From the IMG/VR virus record IMGVR_UViG_3300005613_000009, positions 1 to 64,000 of that record: 64,000 nucleotides of DNA; one strand, given 5' to 3'. Below the pieces are notes generated by a model, which worked only from the letters and a program-made list of their open reading frames with translations, was not told the origin of the DNA and did no database searches. Positions within the stretch are counted from its first letter, which is position 1. Each line of letters opens with the position of its first letter. The translations under genes and the position numbers were made by a program. Below, one piece after another: positions 37,396-47,140 of the stretch. This stretch comes from a virus.

Positions 37396-38889
37396 ATGGA
37401 TCTTGACGAAATTAGAGAAACTCATCAAACTTATAAAGACAATATCGAAAATTGGAAACTTTGGCAAATCGCCTACATGGGAGGAAAGAATTTTATAGAT
37501 TATGCAATTAAACGACATAGCCGTGAATCTGTTAAAAATTTCAAGGCCCGAAAAGAAGAGGGTATTGTATTTAACTATAACAGAAGCATTGTAGATTTAT
37601 TTAGTTTTTATTTGACTGAAAAAGACGCTATGCGTGATATAGGTGCTTTGTCAAATGACAAACAGTGGAATATGTTCAGAAAAGATTGTGACCTGTATGG
37701 TACGGATTTTAATATTTTTATCAATAACGCCCAAAAATCAGCATCGATTTTTGGCAGCACAGGTGTATTGGTAGACAAATCAAATTATGGTCTTGCAAAT
37801 AAAGCAGAAGAAATTATCTCTAGTGTATATCCATACTGCAATCTTTATACCCTACCAAATATCTTAGATTGGTCGTTTGAAAGGGATACAATAACTAATC
37901 GGCCAACATTGACTTACCTTAAATTAAAAAATTACGACAACCGTTATTTTATTTGGAGAAAAGATAGTTGGGAAATTTGGGAAATTCCAATTACACCAAA
38001 TGGCCAAGAAAGTGACCCGGTGCTAGAAAGATCAGGCCCTAATATATTGGGCGAAATTCCTTTTTTTTGGTTTATTAATGTTAGGAGCCCTATTGATCCA
38101 TATTTCGGACTAAGTGATATTTCAGAGATTAGTCTAATTACAGCATCCATTATCAGGGATTTATCGTCTTTACAGGAAATTATAAAATTTGCTGGCTTTC
38201 CGATGATGCGAAAACCAATGTTGAAAGAAAGTGAAAGCGAAGAAGATATCGTAGGCCCTAGAGGTGTTTTGGAATTTGATCCTCTTTTAGGTGAGAATGG
38301 AAAACCAGACTGGTTGCTTTCGCCTGTGATGGAACCTGTTAGGGGTGGTTTAGAGTTTATCGAAAGGAAAATTGATGAGATATATGAAACAAGCCATATG
38401 AGCGGAATACATTCACTTGAGAAAAGTAGTGAAGCAAGATCCGGTGTAGCACTTAGATATCAATTTAGCCAGTTGACATCCGTACTCGGTGATAAAAGCG
38501 TAAACATGGTTGAAGCAGAATACGAAATTGTGAGGCTATGGTTGAAATGGCAAAATCAATCAGAACTATTCCCTCATATCCAGATTGCTCGAAGCAAACA
38601 ATTTAGTGTAGATGATATGGCACAAGACCTTCAAAATCTGGCATTAGCTGAGAAGATAGCAGTTAGTAAAAAGCTAAAACGAGAGATTCAAAAAGCAATC
38701 TCACGAAATGTTCTTCCAGATCTTTCAGATGATACAAGAGACGAAATTGACAAAGAAATTGATGTGGCATCATTTGACGAAAATAATGCTATAACGGAAG
38801 ATGAAAAAGATGAAAATGAAGAAAACAATGAATTGAAAAAACGGGTCAGTGATGAAGCTCCTGTTCCTAGGAAAGGATTATTGATTTAA
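37396..38889 (+). CDS. Portal protein (SPP1-like)
   Basis: 497 aa after terL; FNYNRSIVD, GLSDISEI, SGVALRY motifs; acidic C-terminus. Confidence 0.88.
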   Translation: MDLDEIRETHQTYKDNIENWKLWQIAYMGGKNFIDYAIKRHSRESVKNFKARKEEGIVFNYNRSIVDLFSFYLTEKDAMRDIGALSNDKQWNMFRKDCDLYGTDFNIFINNAQKSASIFGSTGVLVDKSNYGLANKAEEIISSVYPYCNLYTLPNILDWSFERDTITNRPTLTYLKLKNYDNRYFIWRKDSWEIWEIPITPNGQESDPVLERSGPNILGEIPFFWFINVRSPIDPYFGLSDISEISLITASIIRDLSSLQEIIKFAGFPMMRKPMLKESESEEDIVGPRGVLEFDPLLGENGKPDWLLSPVMEPVRGGLEFIERKIDEIYETSHMSGIHSLEKSSEARSGVALRYQFSQLTSVLGDKSVNMVEAEYEIVRLWLKWQNQSELFPHIQIARSKQFSVDDMAQDLQNLALAEKIAVSKKLKREIQKAISRNVLPDLSDDTRDEIDKEIDVASFDENNAITEDEKDENEENNELKKRVSDEAPVPRKGLLI

Positions 38890-39974
38890 TCCTGCAACCA
38901 TTGACTCATTGTTAATTCTTGGCAACCATAGGTAAATCCTATATTTTCCATACATGTAATCATCGGTTGATTACTGATATTAGCTCCAAGGCTAACGGCT
39001 TTTATGCCTATTTCTGAATACAGTTTTTGACGATAACTTACTAATGCTGTTCCAACCATCATATTGCGGGTTTCGGGATTTACTATTAATCCCATACCTG
39101 ATCTGAGATTAAGTTTCAAACCTGTGTTTTCATGTAGGTTTTTATCGATTGCCATGATAATTGCACCTGCAAATTGACCTTTTATCTTTGCGATAATGAT
39201 TCGTCCAAGTTTCTGTTCATATACCTGCCTGAAACGATTGGCATAAAGTGCCATAGCATGTTTTGAATCAAAACCTTTTTCCGTCACAAATCGACTTGGA
39301 AACATTGATCCCTGATAAGCTTTTTCAATATCGTCTAGATCAGATTCAACAGCATCTGTAAATTGGATATGATAATATTCGTTTTCAACATCGAAAAATG
39401 ATTTAGTATACCCAATCATATTTACAAATCCTTCTGTATATTTATAACCAAACTCTTCTGCTGCACGAATTAAACCGATATTCTCTACAGGGATATTGAT
39501 TGAAATATATTTTAGATCCATTTCTTGTCTTGCAGTTTCGTTAATTTCCATAAACATTTTTTTCCCGGATTCATAATTGACGGAAATGTTTTTATCAACA
39601 CATGATAGGTTCGTAATGCTGCCAATAGGAACATTGAAATAATCCGACAGGAAATCAACTTTAGATAAAACAGATAGGAGATAATGTTTTTCTTCATATG
39701 TAGGGATAATTATATGTTTGTTTTTACATTGAATAATCTTATCAATTTCAGTTAATTCATTGTTTCTTATTTTATTCCACATATCTTCTGGAGCCTTCAT
39801 TCCCCGATACGGCAAATAAAGATTGTTATGTGTAAGATAAAGACATAATAGATAAACATTTGCGTAATAAGAAAACATTTCCATTTCTTCAATGTCCTTT
39901 ATCATCGATTTAATAGTATTAATAATAGATTTTACCAACTTATCGATTGTCTCCGTTGCCATGAATTTTGTCAC
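38886..39974 (-). CDS. GNAT acetyltransferase, WecD/RffC-like C-terminal part
   Basis: SMFPSRF..., VNPETRNMMVGTAL, VSLGANISNQPMITCMENIGF (GNAT motifs A/B). Confidence 0.6.
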   Translation of the reverse strand: MTKFMATETIDKLVKSIINTIKSMIKDIEEMEMFSYYANVYLLCLYLTHNNLYLPYRGMKAPEDMWNKIRNNELTEIDKIIQCKNKHIIIPTYEEKHYLLSVLSKVDFLSDYFNVPIGSITNLSCVDKNISVNYESGKKMFMEINETARQEMDLKYISINIPVENIGLIRAAEEFGYKYTEGFVNMIGYTKSFFDVENEYYHIQFTDAVESDLDDIEKAYQGSMFPSRFVTEKGFDSKHAMALYANRFRQVYEQKLGRIIIAKIKGQFAGAIIMAIDKNLHENTGLKLNLRSGMGLIVNPETRNMMVGTALVSYRQKLYSEIGIKAVSLGANISNQPMITCMENIGFTYGCQELTMSQWLQD

Positions 39975-40269
39975 GTTCTTTACGGCTTATTAGTTTTTGG
40001 ATATTGGCTTCCGCGATCAGCTCTATTTTCAAATCGAGTTCTGAACAAATGGTTGCAATATACCACAATACGTCACCAATCTCTTTAGCAATTTCGGAAC
40101 GTTTTCTATGTGTTATAATCCCATCTTCATCTCGGATTACTTTTTTAACTTTTTCAGCTACTTCTCCTGCTTCGCCACAAAGTCCTAACACAGGATATAT
40201 GATATTATGTCCGATGTCTGGATAAACAGCCGTTTTCAAACACGCTTTTTGATATTCACTAAATGTCAT
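39940..40269 (-). CDS. MazG-like nucleotide pyrophosphohydrolase
   Basis: GLCGEAGEVAEKVKK and KEIGDVLWY motifs. Confidence 0.9.
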   Translation of the reverse strand: MTFSEYQKACLKTAVYPDIGHNIIYPVLGLCGEAGEVAEKVKKVIRDEDGIITHRKRSEIAKEIGDVLWYIATICSELDLKIELIAEANIQKLISRKERDKIHGNGDNR

Positions 40270-40562
40270 AATGATCTCCCCATAGATCTTAAATATGTTT
40301 CAACGGTTTCGATGTCTACAGACTCTTTAAGTTGTTGAGCTAAATTGTCTACATCTTTTTGTGGCGCAAGTAGGAAAAATAGTTTGTTTGTCAAATATTT
40401 TAATGTTATTTGTAACTGATCATATTCTTCATGTGAAAAATCTATTTCATTTTTCATATTGTTGTAATGCATGTCAATGTTTTCTAAGGTCTTTTTTGAC
40501 TTATCTATTTGATACAGTAATCTTGGGATTTGGTTTGTCCCCATTTTCAAACTCCTGACCAT
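40266..40562 (-). CDS. Hypothetical protein
   Basis: 98 aa in operon with 4-nt overlap. Confidence 0.55.
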   Translation of the reverse strand: MVRSLKMGTNQIPRLLYQIDKSKKTLENIDMHYNNMKNEIDFSHEEYDQLQITLKYLTNKLFFLLAPQKDVDNLAQQLKESVDIETVETYLRSMGRSL

Positions 40563-40583
40563 TCGCTCTTTTTCAATATAAAG

Positions 40584-40709
40584 TTAACAGCTACCCTTCC
40601 GACCGCCCTTTTTAGGTCCAGCACCTTTACCGGTACCACGACCTTTACCTCTACCTTCACCTGTCCGTGGGCCATTTCCTTTTGGCCCTCTCCCATCTCT
40701 ATTCGGCAT
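40584..40709 (-). CDS. 41-aa Gly/Lys/Arg-rich peptide, DUF5320-like N-terminus (not in ORF track)
   Basis: MPNRDGRGPKGNGPRTGEGRGKGRGTGKGAGPKKGGRKGSC; very strong SD GAAAGGAGGTGA. Confidence 0.7.
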   Translation of the reverse strand: MPNRDGRGPKGNGPRTGEGRGKGRGTGKGAGPKKGGRKGSC

Positions 40710-41280
40710 TATTACTCACCTCCTTTCGATATCTGATTAGTCTAGCATGATCCCCTACGTAAACACCGTAAGGTTCGCAGTTTTTTGAAATAATTGCCCC
40801 AGCTCCGACGAAAGCATGTTCGCCGATTGTTACACCAGCCAATATTAAAGAATGAGAACCGATTACTGCCCCTGATTTAATAAGAACCCATTTTTCTTCA
40901 GAGACTTCATCGTTGATTGCTTTTGGAAACTTCATTCGAGTTGTTGTTACATGAGATCCAATCCATACATTGTCTTCAATTTTACATGCTTGTCCTATCA
41001 TTGTACATCGCTTGATTCTGACATTATTACCAATTTTAACATAACCGCTTGTGTTTACATAATCGTCGAGTTTAACATTATTCCCGATTACAGTACCTGG
41101 CATAAGTTTTACAAAATCCATGATGAAAACATTACTACCAATTGTTACATCATTCATGATCTTACAAAAATTACCAATAAATACATTTGTCCCAATCTTG
41201 GTTTCTGGATGGATAATTGAATATCTTGATGTGTAATTCAATTGTTTTCTCCTGAAAATGTTTACTGATACTGTAACCAC
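40699..41280 (-). CDS. Hexapeptide-repeat N-acetyltransferase (WbpD/WlbB-like)
   Basis: IGTNVFIG, IGSNVFI, IGNNVKL left-handed beta-helix repeats; GAGAIISK...VYVG..AR C-terminus. Confidence 0.85.
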   Translation of the reverse strand: MVTVSVNIFRRKQLNYTSRYSIIHPETKIGTNVFIGNFCKIMNDVTIGSNVFIMDFVKLMPGTVIGNNVKLDDYVNTSGYVKIGNNVRIKRCTMIGQACKIEDNVWIGSHVTTTRMKFPKAINDEVSEEKWVLIKSGAVIGSHSLILAGVTIGEHAFVGAGAIISKNCEPYGVYVGDHARLIRYRKEVSNNAE

Positions 41281-42023
41281 AAATACGTTACTATTTTATT
41301 GATTCTTTTACGAGCTTCATCCTGACTTTCAGGAATTTTATGGAAATACTGAGGAAACTCTTTTTTTCCGAATTCGATATAATTTGTAATGGCTGGTGGG
41401 CGTGATTTTGCATCAAGAATAAAATCAGGGATAAAAGATCGATAGGCTTCACGGAGAAATTTCTTGTTTGGATTAAGATGATACCCAAGAAAATATCTCC
41501 AGTCAAGATCATAAAAAGGCGCTTTTAATTCAAGATTGAGGTATTTATGGATAATCTTAAATGTAGGCATAATATAGATAATACTGTCTGCCCATGCTTG
41601 TAAATAGCTTTTGTTATCGTAACCACCAAATATTTCATCCGATCCTTCACCGATATAAATATTTTTGCATGCATCCCTTTTTGCAGCCTCTGCCAAAAAA
41701 TACGGCCAAACATTGAATCGTGGTTTTTCAAATAGTGGTAATATTTCTTGTAGCTTATTATAAAATCCATCAATCTTTACATTTTTATGGATGGATCCGA
41801 AATAGTTAGCAATCCTTTCTGCTTGCATACATTCATCTTTTTCAATACCGAAATCAGCAGTATATGTAAATATCTTTTTTCCTACATCTCTAGCTGCTTC
41901 CGTTACATGGTAAAGAATAATTGCAGAATCCATGCCACCCGAAAGATATACCGCAGTATTTTCACCAAATGTTTGATTAAACTTTATTTGCTTTTGTATT
42001 TTGTTCTGGATTTTGGTGTTCAT
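41262..42023 (-). CDS. Asparagine-synthase C-terminal-like ATP-dependent amidoligase
   Basis: PP-loop LSGGMDS and GEGSDEIFGGY motif; no glutaminase domain. Confidence 0.8.
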   Translation of the reverse strand: MNTKIQNKIQKQIKFNQTFGENTAVYLSGGMDSAIILYHVTEAARDVGKKIFTYTADFGIEKDECMQAERIANYFGSIHKNVKIDGFYNKLQEILPLFEKPRFNVWPYFLAEAAKRDACKNIYIGEGSDEIFGGYDNKSYLQAWADSIIYIMPTFKIIHKYLNLELKAPFYDLDWRYFLGYHLNPNKKFLREAYRSFIPDFILDAKSRPPAITNYIEFGKKEFPQYFHKIPESQDEARKRINKIVTYLWLQYQ

Positions 42024-42044
42024 AGCACCCCCATTAAATAACTA

Positions 42045-43154
42045 TTAACATTGATTAATTGCCTGTTTGAGTAAATTAACAACAGTTTGTTGTTCTTCAT
42101 TCGTCATACCATAATAAAGTGGCAAAGCAAGACTTTGACTGTATGCTTTCCGCGAGTATTTTACAAATGTTGGAAACGTATAAAACTTAATCATATCGGT
42201 TCCAATTTGAACTTCGATACCGTTGTCCCTCATGTAAGCCATAATTTTATTGCGATTTTTTAATTGTATACAAAATGTCTGGTATGAATGTTTTCCATTT
42301 GATGTTGTCTCTTGAAATTTAACTCCTTTTATATTCTTCAGTTTTTCCCGATAGTTTTCCTGTAGCATAATACGATAATTGATAAGCCGGTCCAGGATAT
42401 CCATCTGAGCTAACCCGATACTCGCTTGGATATCACTAAGTTTGTAATTGCTACCGAACAACACATTCTCGCCAATTATACAGTCTTTGAAGTTTTTTAG
42501 TTTTGAGATCTGTTCTGCTATTTTATCTGAATTTGTTGTAATCATGCCGCCTTCTCCGGTTGTAACTATTTTTCTTGGATGAAAACTGAATACCGAAATA
42601 TCAGCAAGAGACCCAGTCATAAGGCCATTGTATTCAGAACCAAGACCACAAGCAGCATCTTCAATAATACCAATGCCAAATTTGTTCTTTATTCTGTTTA
42701 ATTCGTAATAATTAAGTGGATTGCCAAAAAGCGATACAGGAAGGATAGCGACGGTTTCTTTTGTAATAGCCTTTTCAATCTCAGCGTAATCAATTAATAA
42801 AGTCTTTGGATTAATATCAACCACTATAGGTTTACATCCTGTACCCAATATCGCTAAAATTGTAGCAGGATGTGTAAATGCAGGAACAATAATTTTTGCG
42901 TTGAAAGGATCTTTCCCCATATTTAGGCATAAGACCTTTATTGCTGTAGATAATCCAATAGTACAATTTGGAACCGATATAGCATGCTTAACGTCACAGT
43001 AACCAATAACACTTTTTTCGAATAGTTTATTAACAGGTCCTTCTGTTAAATGATAACTGTCAAGAACCTTGATAACATTGTTTTTCATATCATAACTGAC
43101 AAATGGTTTTGTCAATGGAATAGTGTATTGATTTTTATAGTTTTTTGCTTTCAT
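42045..43154 (-). CDS. DegT/DnrJ/EryC1/StrS PLP aminotransferase (WbpE-like)
   Basis: IIEDAACGLGS, SFHPRKIVTTGEGGMI (PLP lysine), LALPLY. Confidence 0.93.
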   Translation of the reverse strand: MKAKNYKNQYTIPLTKPFVSYDMKNNVIKVLDSYHLTEGPVNKLFEKSVIGYCDVKHAISVPNCTIGLSTAIKVLCLNMGKDPFNAKIIVPAFTHPATILAILGTGCKPIVVDINPKTLLIDYAEIEKAITKETVAILPVSLFGNPLNYYELNRIKNKFGIGIIEDAACGLGSEYNGLMTGSLADISVFSFHPRKIVTTGEGGMITTNSDKIAEQISKLKNFKDCIIGENVLFGSNYKLSDIQASIGLAQMDILDRLINYRIMLQENYREKLKNIKGVKFQETTSNGKHSYQTFCIQLKNRNKIMAYMRDNGIEVQIGTDMIKFYTFPTFVKYSRKAYSQSLALPLYYGMTNEEQQTVVNLLKQAINQC

Positions 43155-44001
43155 AAATAGTTACTCTGCTCCTGTCTTCAGAATAAGGTTGATTAGTTAG
43201 AATATCAAAGACTTCTTTTTTGAATAAACGTAAATCGTAAGGATCCAGTTTTTTATTTTTTAACAAAAATGTAATTAACATTGGAAAGATTGAAATTCCA
43301 TATGAATTGATAAATTTATATCCATTTCCTTTGAGAACAGCTTTCATGAATTTTTTTTCAATAACTTGCGGCGAATTGCATTTTTCAGATCCTACTAAAT
43401 AATCGCTTATTTTGTTAAATTTGTTTATATGTATGAAACTTTCTATATTACCATTTAATAACGCACGAATCATAGTAGCTGTTTTGTTTGGTTCGACATT
43501 CATTAAATAACCATCTTGTTTAAGATATTGCCTTATCTTATTAAGACTAAAACCTATGTTATTTGAATAGAATAAACATTCACAGGCCCAAATAATATCA
43601 CAAGTATCTGGTTTGATAGGGATCCTTGAAATATCTGAGTGGATTAATGTTATTCTATTTTTATAATTATTTCTTTTTTTGCTAATTTCTAAATATGACT
43701 GTAAATCCTGTAAATGTTTTAAAACAATATCAACCGCAATAACATGTGCATCTGTATTATTTAAAAACCATTTTGTGAATTGGCCATTACCACATCCGGC
43801 ATCGAGAATAAAATCACATTTTTTGCCTGGTAATAAATTTCGTTTAAGACAATTCTTAATTGCTTTTTGTTCGTAATCAATATATATTTTATATTTTGAA
43901 TTAACATTAAACGCATATAGATCTTTATTTATATCGTTCTCACAAAAATAAATTCCATTTTTTTGCGAGACACCATTTTTCAAAAAGTTGTGGTTTTCCA
44001 T
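43135..44001 (-). CDS. Class I SAM-dependent methyltransferase
   Basis: ILDAGCGNGQF motif I, VIAVDI, CDIIWA. Start MENHNF inferred (track start 44034). Confidence 0.85.
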   Translation of the reverse strand: MENHNFLKNGVSQKNGIYFCENDINKDLYAFNVNSKYKIYIDYEQKAIKNCLKRNLLPGKKCDFILDAGCGNGQFTKWFLNNTDAHVIAVDIVLKHLQDLQSYLEISKKRNNYKNRITLIHSDISRIPIKPDTCDIIWACECLFYSNNIGFSLNKIRQYLKQDGYLMNVEPNKTATMIRALLNGNIESFIHINKFNKISDYLVGSEKCNSPQVIEKKFMKAVLKGNGYKFINSYGISIFPMLITFLLKNKKLDPYDLRLFKKEVFDILTNQPYSEDRSRVTIYESKKL

Positions 44002-44009
44002 GGTATTAT

Positions 44010-45026
44010 TTAATATCCACCTTGAAACGCCCAATATGCCGGGATATCGTTAATATCCAGTTCTGGGTGTGTATCTAAAAAACTATCAGGTTGTAGTATA
44101 AACTTTGATAAATGATACCATTGCATTGAAACCCGTTTTGGATGAAACCATTTATTAACATACTGTTGGTTATAAATAATTGGAACAGTCAATGGGTTAT
44201 GTACGAAGTAACGGACTTCTCGTTCGATATCCTGCGGAGCAGTATTCATAATGGGTAATTTAGGATAATGAGACAGATAAAATTTATTTACATAAGATAT
44301 CGTTGGAATACCTATTGACATAGCATTTATTGCATGTTGACTAAGCACACCAGTATGTAATTGATCAATATATAAATTTGTTCTATGTAATCTATCGATA
44401 TCCTCATTGAAATCTACCGATGGATCTCTGTCACAAAATTCTTTTATGACTTTCAGGTACTTATCTAATTCAGGTTCATCCGGAGTTGAAAAATGTGAAA
44501 TAGTAAAATTTACCGGCTTTCTCCATATCTTTTGTGGCATAACCATAAGATGTGGAATAGTTGTCATACTTTGGACAAGACATCGAAAAAGACTCCAATC
44601 AGCATCTACGGATGCCCAAAAACGGATTGCCATTTGATTTCTGAAATAATTACTTGCATTATCTCTTAGATGATTACCTGAAAAAATATAGATAAAATTG
44701 CTTGACCTGGATGCCAGACGGCCACAAAAAGGACATGGCATTCTTCGTGTACGATAAGAAAGATAATCTTCGATAACCGTACCACAATAACAACATTTGC
44801 CATTAGACGTATTTAAAATCAAATGGTTAAATAAATTTTTACAATTGTTGTCACTAGAATTGATACCATTCCAAATGAAATAGAAATCACAATCTTCAAT
44901 ATTTTGATCATTATAATTTGTAACAAGTTTACATGATTCAATCGGTGTGTATTTCTCCAAACTTTCTCTTAGATATCTTACGATTTGCAAATAAGTTTTG
45001 TCTAAGCATACAATAGCTGTTTTCAT
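44010..45026 (-). CDS. GT-B-like glycosyltransferase with inserted Zn ribbon
   Basis: C-terminal LYIDQL..G....NAMSIGIPTISY shared with the two upstream GTs; CCYC...CPFC insertion. Confidence 0.65.
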   Translation of the reverse strand: MKTAIVCLDKTYLQIVRYLRESLEKYTPIESCKLVTNYNDQNIEDCDFYFIWNGINSSDNNCKNLFNHLILNTSNGKCCYCGTVIEDYLSYRTRRMPCPFCGRLASRSSNFIYIFSGNHLRDNASNYFRNQMAIRFWASVDADWSLFRCLVQSMTTIPHLMVMPQKIWRKPVNFTISHFSTPDEPELDKYLKVIKEFCDRDPSVDFNEDIDRLHRTNLYIDQLHTGVLSQHAINAMSIGIPTISYVNKFYLSHYPKLPIMNTAPQDIEREVRYFVHNPLTVPIIYNQQYVNKWFHPKRVSMQWYHLSKFILQPDSFLDTHPELDINDIPAYWAFQGGY

Positions 45027-45075
45027 TGTGGCCTCTTATTTATACTTTAGTGTTCTTTTGTATTTTTCTGTTAAA

Positions 45076-46089
45076 CTATGTACTTATTTGTTCCCTTTCC
45101 CAAAACTCCGGAGATGGATATTTATTATCTATCTCCGGATGCATTATAAATTCAATCAAATTAATCCACATAGGAATACGTTTTTCTGCACTAAATGTAT
45201 CGACACAATACTTTCGAGTTTTTTGCCCAATGTGGATCCGTTCTTCAGGGTGTGTGATTAACCATTCGAGGTTCTCTTTGATATTATGTTTATCAGTATT
45301 GATGATAGGAGTATCAGGATAAATCGATAGATAATAGTCGCAAAGACGATTTAAGACAGGAATACCAAAGCACATTGCTTCTACAGTATTTTGACCATGG
45401 TCAAAGAAATCGATTGAATCGATAAAAATATCCGATTTTTGTTTTTGTTCCATAACTTGATCCCATGAGATACCACCCTCACCAGAAGAAAAGCACCCGG
45501 TATAAGACCATTCGATATTATAAATTTTTGCCAAGTCGTTGATCACGGCTTCAATATATTTTGTTCCTTTGATTTTCTGATTAGTTGGTGAATGATAAAT
45601 AACTAAAGTATCCGAATCAGAATTTGTATTCGTTAATGGTTTCCATCGGTTAGTATCAATAATATGTGTATTATGGTGAACTGATTGAACTAAACAGCGT
45701 GTCATGCTAAAATCGTATGCAGTTGCAGACCAGTAATAGCCGTTTTTCAATTGGTGGCCAAAAATGGCATTTGCTATATTACGAATATCTGATCCACTAT
45801 GACGAATTAAGTGATTTTGTACATTTATTTTTTTAGAAATTATATCTGATAATTGTCTGGGGATACCTTGTGCGATACAGAAAAAATCGGCATTATCGAT
45901 AAGGCTATTAATTTCATCAATTTGTTCTTTTTTCGTCATTTCAGACAAAACGATGTCTGTATTATATCCGAATGGATGATAGTTCTCAGTAATACTTCTA
46001 GCCGTATGATTAGTATATTCGTTTACAGCTTTTGACATAAGATATTGAGCGCCACCCCAATCATTTGGTGATAAAAACAAAATATTCAT
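45076..46089 (-). CDS. GT-B (GT4-like) glycosyltransferase
   Basis: MNILFLS start; YHSPTNQKIKGT; DIFIDS...EAMCFGIPV. Confidence 0.8.
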   Translation of the reverse strand: MNILFLSPNDWGGAQYLMSKAVNEYTNHTARSITENYHPFGYNTDIVLSEMTKKEQIDEINSLIDNADFFCIAQGIPRQLSDIISKKINVQNHLIRHSGSDIRNIANAIFGHQLKNGYYWSATAYDFSMTRCLVQSVHHNTHIIDTNRWKPLTNTNSDSDTLVIYHSPTNQKIKGTKYIEAVINDLAKIYNIEWSYTGCFSSGEGGISWDQVMEQKQKSDIFIDSIDFFDHGQNTVEAMCFGIPVLNRLCDYYLSIYPDTPIINTDKHNIKENLEWLITHPEERIHIGQKTRKYCVDTFSAEKRIPMWINLIEFIMHPEIDNKYPSPEFWEREQIST

Positions 46090-46102
46090 AGTGTTATACC
46101 TG

Positions 46103-46879
46103 CTATCTATTAACAACTTCTGTTGATCCTACAGTTTTCGTACCCCATTGTTCACAGGCTGAACAAATTTCATCAGGATAATTATCCCTGATTTGCTGAT
46201 ATCCATCCCCATTCCAGACTTCTTGGATTGAATTATCTCGAACGTTCATAGGTTTGTCTGTCATCCAATTATGGCAACATCTTGATACATTACCTGTATA
46301 GTCTATTGTAATATCTGTTACCAATTTTGGACAGAACCTACGATTTTCTCTTCCACCGATTGATCCCAGTTGACCATTCGATGAATGCTTATCGTATATC
46401 CGGATAACATCTACATATTTTCTCATATCTTGTATCTTTGATTCTGTAGTTTCTCCCTTGACAACGGATATCTGGATCCGAGGTTTGCTGTTTTTTCGAT
46501 ACTTATTAAGAAGTTTAACAGCCTTTACGGCATCTTCCGTATGATAACTAATAGATACAAAATCAAACAATAAAACCATATCAAGATATTTTTCAACTAA
46601 GATACCATTAGTGGCAAACTGTATTTCTTTAAACTTATGGATAGTATATGCCAACATCGGTTTGACCATTGGATGGAGCAGACTTTCTCCCCGCCAAAAC
46701 GGAACAAGCGTAATGTTTTTATGGGCTATTTCATCAATGATCTGTTTCCATAGATAAAAATTCATAAAACCGACCGGATCTGTCATAAATCTTCGAGGAC
46801 AAACTGAACAGTTTAAATTGCATGCATTTGTAATTTCTATGGTAACACGACTTGGAAACATAGTAGTTGTATCTTTCAT
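46103..46879 (-). CDS. Radical SAM / SPASM-domain protein
   Basis: CNLNCSVC (CxxxCxxC), GESLLHP, FATNG; C-terminal C..GNVSRCC...CSAC. Confidence 0.9.
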   Translation of the reverse strand: MKDTTTMFPSRVTIEITNACNLNCSVCPRRFMTDPVGFMNFYLWKQIIDEIAHKNITLVPFWRGESLLHPMVKPMLAYTIHKFKEIQFATNGILVEKYLDMVLLFDFVSISYHTEDAVKAVKLLNKYRKNSKPRIQISVVKGETTESKIQDMRKYVDVIRIYDKHSSNGQLGSIGGRENRRFCPKLVTDITIDYTGNVSRCCHNWMTDKPMNVRDNSIQEVWNGDGYQQIRDNYPDEICSACEQWGTKTVGSTEVVNR

Positions 46880-46921
46880 GGTAATTTTAAACCTTTGAAC
46901 AAATTAAAAATGTTTTCTTTG

Positions 46922-47137
46922 TTAATCCTTAGCCAATCTTGCTTCGTTATTTCTAGCTTTAATTATTTGGTTCTGGGCCTTTCTTACACGATACTGGGCT
47001 GCAGCCTCTGAACATCCCATAACAAGACCAATTTGGTTGTAAGTGATTCCACTGATTCTTAACAATAGAGCCCTGAAACTATCTTCATGAATAACTACCC
47101 TATTTGCAGAGAACACCCTTTGTTTTTGTTTTGCCAT
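46922..47137 (-). CDS. Small HTH DNA-binding protein (sigma70 region-4-like)
   Basis: GITYNQIGLVMGCSEAAAQYRVRKA. Confidence 0.65.
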   Translation of the reverse strand: MAKQKQRVFSANRVVIHEDSFRALLLRISGITYNQIGLVMGCSEAAAQYRVRKAQNQIIKARNNEARLAKD

Positions 47138-47140
47138 ATG

